Below are positions 51,200 through 59,918 of a stretch of DNA of 64,000 bases, piece by piece. This stretch comes from Isosphaeraceae bacterium (GTDB taxonomy: Bacteria > Planctomycetota > Planctomycetia > Isosphaerales > Isosphaeraceae), in assembly GCA_965201075.1 (NCBI GenBank), contig CBDAVP010000005.1, positions 1 through 64,000 of the forward strand. The letters run 5' to 3'. A model generated the notes under the pieces. The model searched no databases and was not told where the DNA came from. It worked only from the letters and a program-made list of their open reading frames with translations. The stretch's first letter is position 1, and each line of letters starts with the position of its first letter. A program made the translations under genes and the position numbers.

Positions 51200-52321
51200 C
51201 TAGCTGGCCACTTCGACGAAGACCTTCAGGGCTTCCTTATCGTCCAGCCGGTGCATCATCTCCTGAAAGTGATCCAGGCCGGCGATCGGGTGCGTCAGAA
51301 TCTTCTGGGTCACGCCCGGGTAGGTATGCTCTCCCAGGGACAGGGCCGCGATCCCCTGGGCGAAATGGTGGCGATTGCCGTTGACGCTGCCGACCAGCAA
51401 TTTGTTGCCCAGCACCCATTCCAGGTTGATCTTGGCCCCATCCACCTCGACCTTCGACTCGCCCCCGGTGATGCTGGTCCAGATCAAGGCGCCATTGTGA
51501 GCGAGAATTTCCATCGCTCGGAAGCAGGTCTCAGGGTGTCCGGTCGCCTCGAAGATCAGGTCGGGTTTGCCCGCCTTCCTGGCCAGGTCCGCCAGGGTGA
51601 TTTCCTTGGTGGAGACGTAGCGAGCCCCATACGCCTCGACGATCTCGGCCTTGAGGTTGGGAGCGGGGCGGGTGGCGATGGTGACGACTTCCATTCCTCG
51701 AAGCCGAAGCATCATCGTCGCCAGCAGGCCAATCTGCCCGGCCCCGAGCACATAGGCGAGCTTCGGCTCCCAGACTTGCAACCGCTTCTGGGCCAGTTCG
51801 GCCTGCTCGATCGCCTTGGCGCAAACGCTGGCCGGTTCCGAAAGGACGCCCAACTCTTTCAGTTGAACCGGCACCTTGACCAGATATTCGGCGTCGTCCA
51901 CGAACTGCTCGGTCATGAACCCGTGGCAGAGGTTGATGCCGCGTTCGTAATACGTTTCCTCGCTGGTGACGTCGTTGCGGCCGATCTGGTCGAAAAGAGA
52001 CTTACCTGGGCGTCGGACCGTGCAGGCCACGAAGTCGCCAGGGACGAATTCGGTCACGCCAGACCCCACCTCGGCAACCCGGCCGAACACCTCGTGGCCG
52101 ATGACCAGGTGGTCGCCGCCCGGGGGAGCGTTGCCGTAGAGCGCTTCGTTGATCTCGCGGTCGGTGGCGTCGACCCCGACTCGCAGGACTTCGACCCGAA
52201 CCGCCCGACCCTCGGGGATCGCCACGACGTGGGGGTGCGGCTGGTCGGCCAGCGAGGGCTCGGGAATTTCGCGAAGGTGGACGCTATCGCGCTGGCCCGG
52301 CAGGACGGCTACGGCTTTCAT
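51200..52321 (-). CDS. Zn-dependent glucose 1-dehydrogenase (archaeal-type MDR)
   Basis: [37 protein letters not shown] and LVGSVN. Confidence 0.85.
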   Translation of the reverse strand: MKAVAVLPGQRDSVHLREIPEPSLADQPHPHVVAIPEGRAVRVEVLRVGVDATDREINEALYGNAPPGGDHLVIGHEVFGRVAEVGSGVTEFVPGDFVACTVRRPGKSLFDQIGRNDVTSEETYYERGINLCHGFMTEQFVDDAEYLVKVPVQLKELGVLSEPASVCAKAIEQAELAQKRLQVWEPKLAYVLGAGQIGLLATMMLRLRGMEVVTIATRPAPNLKAEIVEAYGARYVSTKEITLADLARKAGKPDLIFEATGHPETCFRAMEILAHNGALIWTSITGGESKVEVDGAKINLEWVLGNKLLVGSVNGNRHHFAQGIAALSLGEHTYPGVTQKILTHPIAGLDHFQEMMHRLDDKEALKVFVEVAS

Positions 52322-52566
52322 CGGCGAGTGAGATCCGTCGAAGGGCTACTGGGGAGGTCCGGACCCGCCCCGGTAAGGTCTCCCGAGGGCCGATTCTAAC
52401 GAGGAGCCAGGGCTCACGCCATGAACCCCCGCCCCTCTCTCGGATTCTCGGAGTGGGACCATTAGAATGGGCCGATCACACGAACGCCCCGGCAGTGGCG
52501 ATTGTCTGTCTTCGATGGGGAGCCAAGGCTCACTCGACCCATGGCGCGGCGGAAAGGTCCGAGACG

Positions 52567-54159
52567 ATGAGCGACAGGGAATCCTTCTTCATCACCACGG
52601 CGATCGACTACCCTAACAGCCGGCCGCACATCGGCACCGCATTTGAAAAGGTCGGCGCCGATGTCCAGGCCCGCTTCCGCCGGATGGAAGGCCGCGCTGT
52701 TCACTTCCTGATGGGCAACGACGAAAACACCATCAAGGTTTCCCAGAGAGCCCGAGACCTTGGCGTCGAGCCCAAGCCCTACGTCGACGACATGGCTCGC
52801 CAGTTCCGCGAGGTCTGGGCCTCCCTGGACATCTCCTTCGACGACTTTATTCAGACCAGTGAGGAACGTCATCGCGAAGGCTGTCGGAAGTTCATCCAGA
52901 GCGTTCACGACGCCGGCGACATCTTCAAGAAAGCCTATACGGGCCTCTATTGCGACGGCTGCGAGTCGTTCAAAACCGAAAAGGAATTAATCAACGGCCG
53001 GTGCCCCAACCACCCGAACGCTCCTCTGCGAGCCGTTGAGGAAGAAAATTACTTCTTCCGCCTGTCGGCCTTCCGTGACCGACTCTTGGCCCATTTCGCC
53101 GCACACCCGGAGTTTCTCCAGCCGGTCAGCCGTCGCAACGAAATTCTCAACCTGGTGGAGGAGGGACTTCAGGACGTGGCGATCACCCGCAAAGGGTTTA
53201 CCTGGGGAATTCCCGTCCCGTTCGACCCCGAGCAAACGATTTACGTTTGGTTCGACGCCCTGTTGAACTACATCACCGCCATCGGCTACGGCACCGACGA
53301 GGCCCGCTTCGCCCAGAACTGGCCGGCCGACGTCCACGTCATCGGCAAGGACATCACCCGGTTTCACTGCGCCCTCTGGCCGGCGATGCTGATGAGCGCC
53401 GGCCTCCCCCTGCCCCGCTCGGTATTCGCCCACGGATTCGTCTACCGCAAGGACGAGGCGACCGGCGAGGTTCAAAAACTGAGCAAAAGCCTGGGCAACG
53501 CGGTCGAGCCGATGGACCTAGTGCGCAACTTCTCCTCGGAAGGGTTCCGCCACTACTTCATGAGCCAGTGCCCCTTCGGTGGCGACGGCGAGTTTTCGTT
53601 TGAGCGGTTCGCCGACGTCTACAACGCCGACCTCGCCAAGAATCTGGGTAACAACTACAGCCGAATCCTCACAATGGCCGCGAAATATTTCGACGGTCGG
53701 CTCGACGACGCCCAGGCAGTCGACGCCACCGTCTGGCGAGCCGGGATCGACCTGCCAATCCTGGTCAATGACCTGCGCGCCTTGGTCGAATCGTTTCAAT
53801 ATAACGTCGCGATTCAGCGGATCTGGCTGGAAGGGCTCGACGCCATCAATCGCTACATCACGACCACCGAGCCGTTCAAGCTGGCCAAGACTGACCTCAA
53901 CGCCTGCAAAGCCGTCCTGGTCAATCTGGCCGACGCCCTACGAGTGGTGGCCATCTTGCTCAAACCGTTCCTCCCCCGAACCGCCGAAACGCTCTATCGT
54001 GCCTTCGCCTTCGAGGAAGACCGCCCCTGGGCCGAGGTTTCCTACACCGATGCCACGACTCCCGCGCCCTTCACCACGCTCCGTTTGACCGCCCCGCTCG
54101 TCGAAGGGAAGCCCACCCCTCTGTTCCCTCGCATCGACACCAAGGCGACCGTTTCCTGA
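52567..54159 (+). CDS. metG: Methionyl-tRNA synthetase (short form, no C-terminal tRNA-binding domain)
   Basis: FFITTAIDYPN..HIGT, YCDGCESF..CPNH, YVWFDALLNY, IGKDITRFH and KLSKS. Confidence 0.93.
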   Translation: MSDRESFFITTAIDYPNSRPHIGTAFEKVGADVQARFRRMEGRAVHFLMGNDENTIKVSQRARDLGVEPKPYVDDMARQFREVWASLDISFDDFIQTSEERHREGCRKFIQSVHDAGDIFKKAYTGLYCDGCESFKTEKELINGRCPNHPNAPLRAVEEENYFFRLSAFRDRLLAHFAAHPEFLQPVSRRNEILNLVEEGLQDVAITRKGFTWGIPVPFDPEQTIYVWFDALLNYITAIGYGTDEARFAQNWPADVHVIGKDITRFHCALWPAMLMSAGLPLPRSVFAHGFVYRKDEATGEVQKLSKSLGNAVEPMDLVRNFSSEGFRHYFMSQCPFGGDGEFSFERFADVYNADLAKNLGNNYSRILTMAAKYFDGRLDDAQAVDATVWRAGIDLPILVNDLRALVESFQYNVAIQRIWLEGLDAINRYITTTEPFKLAKTDLNACKAVLVNLADALRVVAILLKPFLPRTAETLYRAFAFEEDRPWAEVSYTDATTPAPFTTLRLTAPLVEGKPTPLFPRIDTKATVS

Positions 54160-54207
54160 TCAATCGCGAACGAAGACCATCCTCCGGTTACCTCAAATCC
54201 TTTAGCG

Positions 54208-54897
54208 CTAGAGATTTGGGTCGCGGGAGGCCCTGAGCCGGGGACCCGGGTTCAACACCGGTTGCTCGGCATGAGGGTCGGGAGCCTGGTAAAACCGGGC
54301 CACCCAGTCGCGGAACTGGCTCGGGGAGTGGTTGAGTCCGTTCGCTCCTAACCAGTCCCGATATTCCACCAGCGGTTCATGAAGGCGCTCGGGGCCTCCA
54401 AGCGGGATGTGACCGTAACGAATCGAGAACTCCTGGAGCGCTCGATCGGGCGGCAAGCCCTGGCGGACCAACAGGAAAAGAGCGCTGACCAAACCCGTTC
54501 GGTCCGCGCCGGACTTGCAGTGGATCAGAACGGGCAGTGGGCAGGTCCGCAGGGTATCGGTCAGGACGCGAAGCTCTCGGCGAGAGGGGCGACGCGTCGC
54601 GCTGAGTGGCAAGTCGTAGAAGGTGATGGCCGCTCGTTGGGTCGCCTCGACCTCGGCGGTGTACCACCAATCGCCCGAGGACCCGCCGCGCAAGTTCATG
54701 ATGGTGGACGGTTTGTAGCGCGCCAGAAGCCGGTTCAAATGAGTCGTCGGCTGAGCGCTGCGGTAGGCCGCTCCGGGGGCCACGACGCCGAAATTCTCGC
54801 TGGGAAGCAACAACCAAAGGCCCAACGCCACCACGCCAAGCCCGGCAATCCCGCCGAGGCCACGGGCCAGTTTCCAACCGCGTCCGCCAGGTTGCAT
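54208..54897 (-). CDS. Membrane-anchored Cys-based (dual-specificity/tyrosine) phosphatase
   Basis: N-terminal TM, YRSAQP, NLRG and the CX5R motif LIHCKSGADRTG. Confidence 0.88.
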   Translation of the reverse strand: MQPGGRGWKLARGLGGIAGLGVVALGLWLLLPSENFGVVAPGAAYRSAQPTTHLNRLLARYKPSTIMNLRGGSSGDWWYTAEVEATQRAAITFYDLPLSATRRPSRRELRVLTDTLRTCPLPVLIHCKSGADRTGLVSALFLLVRQGLPPDRALQEFSIRYGHIPLGGPERLHEPLVEYRDWLGANGLNHSPSQFRDWVARFYQAPDPHAEQPVLNPGPRLRASRDPNL

Positions 54898-55305
54898 ATC
54901 CAACGCCCAACTCCTCGTCTCGGTCTCCGAAAGCTGTCCATCGCCCGGTGGGAGGGACGGAGGCTCGAATCTGGCGGGTTTTCTATCAGATGTGGCTTCA
55001 GGCGAACAGGGCAAGCGCTCATCGTCACGCCCTGGCTTGACGTTACGTAAATTACAGACGGCGGCCCACCTTACGCGAATCTTTGCCTAGCATGCCTGGT
55101 CCGCCCCCACTACCATTCTTGTTGAGAAAAAATCGCGGCGAGCGTGAGTTTGCGCCAACACTGATTGCACTCACCCCGTATCACACACCAGTTTAATCCG
55201 ACCCGTCCAGGCTTTGTGGAATGGGCGTCGGTGGGCGAAGGCGCCCGGATCGGCGAAGTTGAAGCCCCGGCGGGCTCCAACGACCTGCCCTTGAGGAGCG
55301 AAGTC

Positions 55306-56616
55306 ATGGGATTTGGCGATAGTGGGCGGACCTTCGGCCGCCGGGGCTTCCTGAGCGTGGGGGCCATTGGCGCCCTGGGCCTGACCACCGGCGACTTTCT
55401 CCGCCGTCGCGCCATGGCCGATCAGAAATCGTACGAGGCGATTGCCCCCAAGGCCGACGCGGTCATCCACATCTTCCTGCCCGGCGGCATCGCCCACCAG
55501 GAAACCTTCGATCCCAAGCCCCTGGCCCCGGTTGAGTATCGCGGCGAGCTGGGCAATGTCCCGACCAAGATCGAAGGGGCTGTCTTCAGTGAGACCCTGC
55601 CCAAGACCGCCCAGATCGCCGACAAACTGACGGTCATCCGCTCGATGACCCACGGCGAGGCCGCCCACGAGCGCGGCACTCACAACATGTTTACCGGGTA
55701 CAAGCCCAGCCCGGCGCTGAATTACCCCAGCTTCGGCAGCGTCGTGTCACATGAACTGGGCTCTCAACACGACCTACCGCCTTATGTGTGTGTCCCCACC
55801 CAGCCGAATGTTTACGCCGGCACGGGCTATCTCAGTTCGTCCTACTCGGCGTTCAGCCTGGGAAGTGACCCTTCCGAGGGGAAATTCCGGGTTCGCGACC
55901 TGAATCTTCCCGAGGGTATGGACGAGGCCCGGTTCTCCGCGCGTCGGCGGATGCTGGACGCGGTCAACGACCACTTCGCCAAGACCGAGAAGGCCGACGG
56001 CCTGGCCGCGATGGATGAGTTCTACCAAAGGGCCTACGCTCTCATTTCCTCGCCCAAGGCCCGAGAGGCGTTCAATATCCACGCCGAGCCCGACGCGATC
56101 CGTGACGAATATGGCCGCAACCCCGCCGGCCAGCGGATGCTCATGGCTCGACGCCTGGTGGGCGCCGGAGTTCGGTTCGTGGCGTTGCAGTTCGGTGGTT
56201 GGGACTTCCACTTCAACATCTTCCCGAACATGCGTCAGCAGATGCCCCCATTCGATCAGGCGTTCGCAGCGCTTATCCGCGACCTCGACCGTACCGGCAT
56301 GCTCGACCGGACACTGGTCATGGTCTCCAGTGAGTTTGGCCGAACTCCCAAGGTCAACAAGGACGGCGGTCGCGACCACTGGCCCAAGGTTTTCAGCGTG
56401 GTGCTGGCCGGCGGCGGGATCAAGAAAGGATACATCCATGGAGCTAGCAACGCCACCGGGTCCGAGCCCGAGCACGACCCGATCGGCATCGAGGATCTCG
56501 CCACCACCATCTACCACCAGATCGGCATCGTCGCCGACAAGGAACTGATGGCCCCCGGCGGCCGGCCGATCGAGATTGTCGACGGCGGCAAGGTCCGCAC
56601 CGAACTGCTCGCCTGA
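55306..56616 (+). CDS. DUF1501 domain protein (Tat signal)
   Basis: GAGGAG RBS; GRRGFL, IFLPGGIAHQETFDPKP, MARRLV, GGWDFH, SEFGRTP and GRDHWP. Confidence 0.95.
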   Translation: MGFGDSGRTFGRRGFLSVGAIGALGLTTGDFLRRRAMADQKSYEAIAPKADAVIHIFLPGGIAHQETFDPKPLAPVEYRGELGNVPTKIEGAVFSETLPKTAQIADKLTVIRSMTHGEAAHERGTHNMFTGYKPSPALNYPSFGSVVSHELGSQHDLPPYVCVPTQPNVYAGTGYLSSSYSAFSLGSDPSEGKFRVRDLNLPEGMDEARFSARRRMLDAVNDHFAKTEKADGLAAMDEFYQRAYALISSPKAREAFNIHAEPDAIRDEYGRNPAGQRMLMARRLVGAGVRFVALQFGGWDFHFNIFPNMRQQMPPFDQAFAALIRDLDRTGMLDRTLVMVSSEFGRTPKVNKDGGRDHWPKVFSVVLAGGGIKKGYIHGASNATGSEPEHDPIGIEDLATTIYHQIGIVADKELMAPGGRPIEIVDGGKVRTELLA

Positions 56617-56692
56617 CGCTTTGCCCGCCGCGAAGAGCACCGTGACTCGCCCGCGACCAATGCGGGCGGGCATCCCATCAGGGCGACTCATC

Positions 56693-57307
56693 ATGGCGAA
56701 GATGCTCTTGTCCCGCGCCGACTTCCGAGAAGTCCTCAGCAAGCGTCGCCGCGCAAGGGACGACCGCTTTGACGAGGTTTGGAATGGCATTTATGTCATG
56801 TCGCAGAGTGTGGACATTGAGCATCATGGGCTCGCATACCATTTGACCACCGCGATCGATCAAGCCATAGGCGGGGTGGCCGGTGGAATTGTGCTGCCCG
56901 GGGGCAACGTCTCCGATCGCGAAGAAGGTTGGGCGAAAAACTATCGTTATCCCGATGTTGCGTCTTACCTCGTAAGCAATCCGGCCCGGAATTGTGGAAC
57001 TCACTGGTTTGGCGGGCCTGATTTCGCCGTTGAGATCCTCAGTCGTGGTGATTGCGCCCGTAAGAAGTTTGCCTTCTATGCCGCGGTCGGCGTCCGCGAA
57101 CTGCTCCTCATCGACCGCTCCCCCTGGCGGCTGGAGTTATACCGTTTGCACAACGGCACCCTCGCATCCGCCGGCACGGCGACCGCCGACGACGGCATTG
57201 TCCTCCGAAGCTCCGTCCTGCCGTTGACCTTTCGCCTCCTCCCCGCCGAACCTCGCCCGCGGATTGAGGTCGCCGAGGCCAACGCACTCCGCCGCTGGTC
57301 AATGTAA
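56693..57307 (+). CDS. Uma2 (DUF820) family putative PD-(D/E)xK endonuclease
   Basis: DEVWNGIYVM, YPDV, PDFAVEILS and KKFAFYAAVGVRELLLID. Confidence 0.9.
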   Translation: MAKMLLSRADFREVLSKRRRARDDRFDEVWNGIYVMSQSVDIEHHGLAYHLTTAIDQAIGGVAGGIVLPGGNVSDREEGWAKNYRYPDVASYLVSNPARNCGTHWFGGPDFAVEILSRGDCARKKFAFYAAVGVRELLLIDRSPWRLELYRLHNGTLASAGTATADDGIVLRSSVLPLTFRLLPAEPRPRIEVAEANALRRWSM

Positions 57308-57355
57308 ACCCCAACAACCCCCCGAACGTCGAGCCCCTCCCCCGAGGTCCGCACC

Positions 57356-59830
57356 ATGCGATCGATCTTCGCCGCCCTATCCGCCCTCTTCCTTATGGGG
57401 GTTTCGACCGCCTCGGCAACCGCTCCGAACCTCGCCTCGTTGCGACCGGTAGGGGCTCAGCGAGGGACCGAGGTCGAGGTGGATCTGGGCGGAGTGCGAA
57501 TCGGCGACGCCAAGGAGATCCTTTGGTATCAGCCAGGGATCGAAGTTCTGGGGCTGACGACCGTCGACGACGCCCATGTCAAGGCGAAGCTCAAGATCGC
57601 CGCCGACTGTGCCCCGGGGATTCACGACCTGCGGCTGCGAACAGCCACCGGCCTCAGCGAGTTGCGGACCTTCAGTGTCGGCACCTTGAAGGAGGCAAAA
57701 GAGGTCGAGCCCAACAACGACTTCGCCAAGCCCCAGGTCGTCGAGTTCAACTCCGTGGTCAACGGCGTGGCCGACAACGAGGATGTCGACTACTACGCGA
57801 TCACGGTCAAGAAGGGGGACCGCATCTCGGTCGAGATCGAGGGGATGCGGCTGGGAATCTCGATGTTCGACCCTTCGGTGGCGATTCTCGACTCTCGACG
57901 GTTCGAACTTGCCTCCAGCGACGATGCCCCGACCTCCTGGGTCGACGGATGCGCCTCGATCTTGGCCCCCGCGGATGGCACCTACATCATCCAGGCCCGC
58001 GAATGCTCCTACGCGGGCAACGCGAATTGCCTGTATCGACTGCACATCGGCGACTTTCCCCGACCCACCGGCGCCCTGCCCTCCGGCGGTAAGGCGGGCG
58101 AGCCGGTCGAGGTCCACTGGCTCGGTGATCCCCGAGGCGAGAAGACCGTCGCCATCTCCCTGCCGGCCGCGTCGATTCGGCCCGTCGGCGTGACTCTCCA
58201 GGACGACAAGGGCGTCGCCCCGATGCCCAACTACCTGAAGTCTAGCCCCTACCCCAACGTTTTGGGGCAGGAGCCCGACGAGGCCAAGTTCACCCCCTTC
58301 CAGGCACCCGCGGCTCTCAACGGAGTAATTGGCGTTGCTGGCGACGAGGACCGCTACGTCTTCCCCGCCAAGAAGGGCCAGGTTCTCGAGGCCCGCGTTT
58401 TCGCCAGGTCGGTCGGCTCGCCGCTGGACGCGGTCATCCATGTCGCCCGGGTCGGTGGGGCGTACCTCATCGGGAACGACGACGCCGTGGTCAACGGCCT
58501 TCCAACGCCAGATAGCCTGGCCCGCTTCGCGATCCCCGAGGATGGCGTCTACTTCCTCACCGTTCACGACCAACTTCGCAAGGGCGGCCCCGACTACGTT
58601 TATCGAGTCGAACTGGCCCCGGTCACGCCTCGCCACCTCATCAGCCCCCAGTTGGAAAAAGCCAGCCAGCAGTTCCAGACGGGTGGGATCGCCGTGGCGG
58701 TGCCCAAGGGCAATCGCCAGGCTCTCCTGGTGAACTCGACATGGGTCGACTTCGGCGGCGACGTGTCGATCTGGGCCGAGAATCTCCCCCCCGGCGTCAC
58801 GATGGAAGCCGACACCCAGCCGGGGGCCCACGGAAGTCTCTTGCTGATGTTCTCGGCGGCCCCCGACGCCCCGCCGGCTGGCGTCCTGTCGATCCTCCGG
58901 GGCAAGCCAGCCGACCCGGCCAAGTCGATTCCAGATCCCTCCGAGTTCACGGCCGTCACGGAACTGGTGACCTCGCCGGTCAATATCGTGAATTTCTGGG
59001 GACGGACCGTGGATCGCCTGGCCGTCGCCGTCACCGACGAGGCCCCGTTCTCGATTGAAATCGTCGAACCCAAGGTGCCAATGGTCCGCGGCGGGTCGAT
59101 GGGCTTGAAAGTCGTGGCCCATCGCAAGGAGGGGTTCAAGGCCCCGATCGCCCTGGTCCTCCCCTGGAATCCCCCGGGGGTCACTTCCGGCGGCGGGATT
59201 GTCATTCCCGAAGGACAGAACGAGGCCGTCATCCCCTTGAACGCCGATGGCGCGGCCGAGGCAATTACCCATCGGATCGCCGTCAATGGCTCCGCCGGGG
59301 TCATCAACGGACCCATGACCGTTTCGTCGCCGCTGGCCAAGCTGACGGTCTCCCCCCCGCTCGTCACCCTGACCCTCCAGGCCGGCAGCGTCGAGCAAGG
59401 CAAGGAGACCGACGTCGCGGTGAAGGTCGAAAAATCCCCAACTTACCCGGCCGACGCGGCGACGACGGTCACCCTGCTCGGACTGCCTCCCAAGACCGTC
59501 ACGGAGCCGCGGCCGATCACCAAGGACACCACGGACCTCGCCTTCCACATCAAGACCGAGCCGGCCGCTCCCGCCGGCAACCACACGACCCTGATGTGCC
59601 AGGCGGTGGTCATCAGCAACGGCGAGCCGATCGTGCACAACTTCGGCGGTGGCTCGCTCCGAATCGACGCCCCGCTCCCGACGGCCGCCAACGCTCCCCC
59701 AACACCCCCTCCAGCCGCGGCCGCCGCGGCTCCGGCCCCGGTCCCTGCGGCCGCGCCGGCCAAGCCACTCAGTCGCCTGGAAAAACTCCGTCAGGACCGC
59801 CAGGCTCAGGCCCCCCCGGCCCAGAAATGA
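57356..59830 (+). CDS. Exported PPC (pre-peptidase C-terminal)/Ig-like repeat protein of the DUF1501 cluster
   Basis: Signal peptide; PVGAQRGTEV, EVEPNNDF, DVDYY, GSPLD, NDD and YRL/YRV repeats; Pro/Ala-rich tail ending PLSRLEKLR. Confidence 0.9.
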   Translation: MRSIFAALSALFLMGVSTASATAPNLASLRPVGAQRGTEVEVDLGGVRIGDAKEILWYQPGIEVLGLTTVDDAHVKAKLKIAADCAPGIHDLRLRTATGLSELRTFSVGTLKEAKEVEPNNDFAKPQVVEFNSVVNGVADNEDVDYYAITVKKGDRISVEIEGMRLGISMFDPSVAILDSRRFELASSDDAPTSWVDGCASILAPADGTYIIQARECSYAGNANCLYRLHIGDFPRPTGALPSGGKAGEPVEVHWLGDPRGEKTVAISLPAASIRPVGVTLQDDKGVAPMPNYLKSSPYPNVLGQEPDEAKFTPFQAPAALNGVIGVAGDEDRYVFPAKKGQVLEARVFARSVGSPLDAVIHVARVGGAYLIGNDDAVVNGLPTPDSLARFAIPEDGVYFLTVHDQLRKGGPDYVYRVELAPVTPRHLISPQLEKASQQFQTGGIAVAVPKGNRQALLVNSTWVDFGGDVSIWAENLPPGVTMEADTQPGAHGSLLLMFSAAPDAPPAGVLSILRGKPADPAKSIPDPSEFTAVTELVTSPVNIVNFWGRTVDRLAVAVTDEAPFSIEIVEPKVPMVRGGSMGLKVVAHRKEGFKAPIALVLPWNPPGVTSGGGIVIPEGQNEAVIPLNADGAAEAITHRIAVNGSAGVINGPMTVSSPLAKLTVSPPLVTLTLQAGSVEQGKETDVAVKVEKSPTYPADAATTVTLLGLPPKTVTEPRPITKDTTDLAFHIKTEPAAPAGNHTTLMCQAVVISNGEPIVHNFGGGSLRIDAPLPTAANAPPTPPPAAAAAAPAPVPAAAPAKPLSRLEKLRQDRQAQAPPAQK

Positions 59831-59918
59831 CGCGATGACTCAACCGACTCCGACACGAACGCGGACGCGAATACGGACGACCCGGCCCCACCCGGCTCCC
59901 GATCGGCGAGAGGTTTTG

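Noticed and set aside
50702..52399. 565-aa plus-strand ORF
   Set aside because: Antisense to the glucose dehydrogenase and kinase genes.
52322..52566. T-box or SAM riboswitch before metG
   Set aside because: No T-box or S-box consensus seen.
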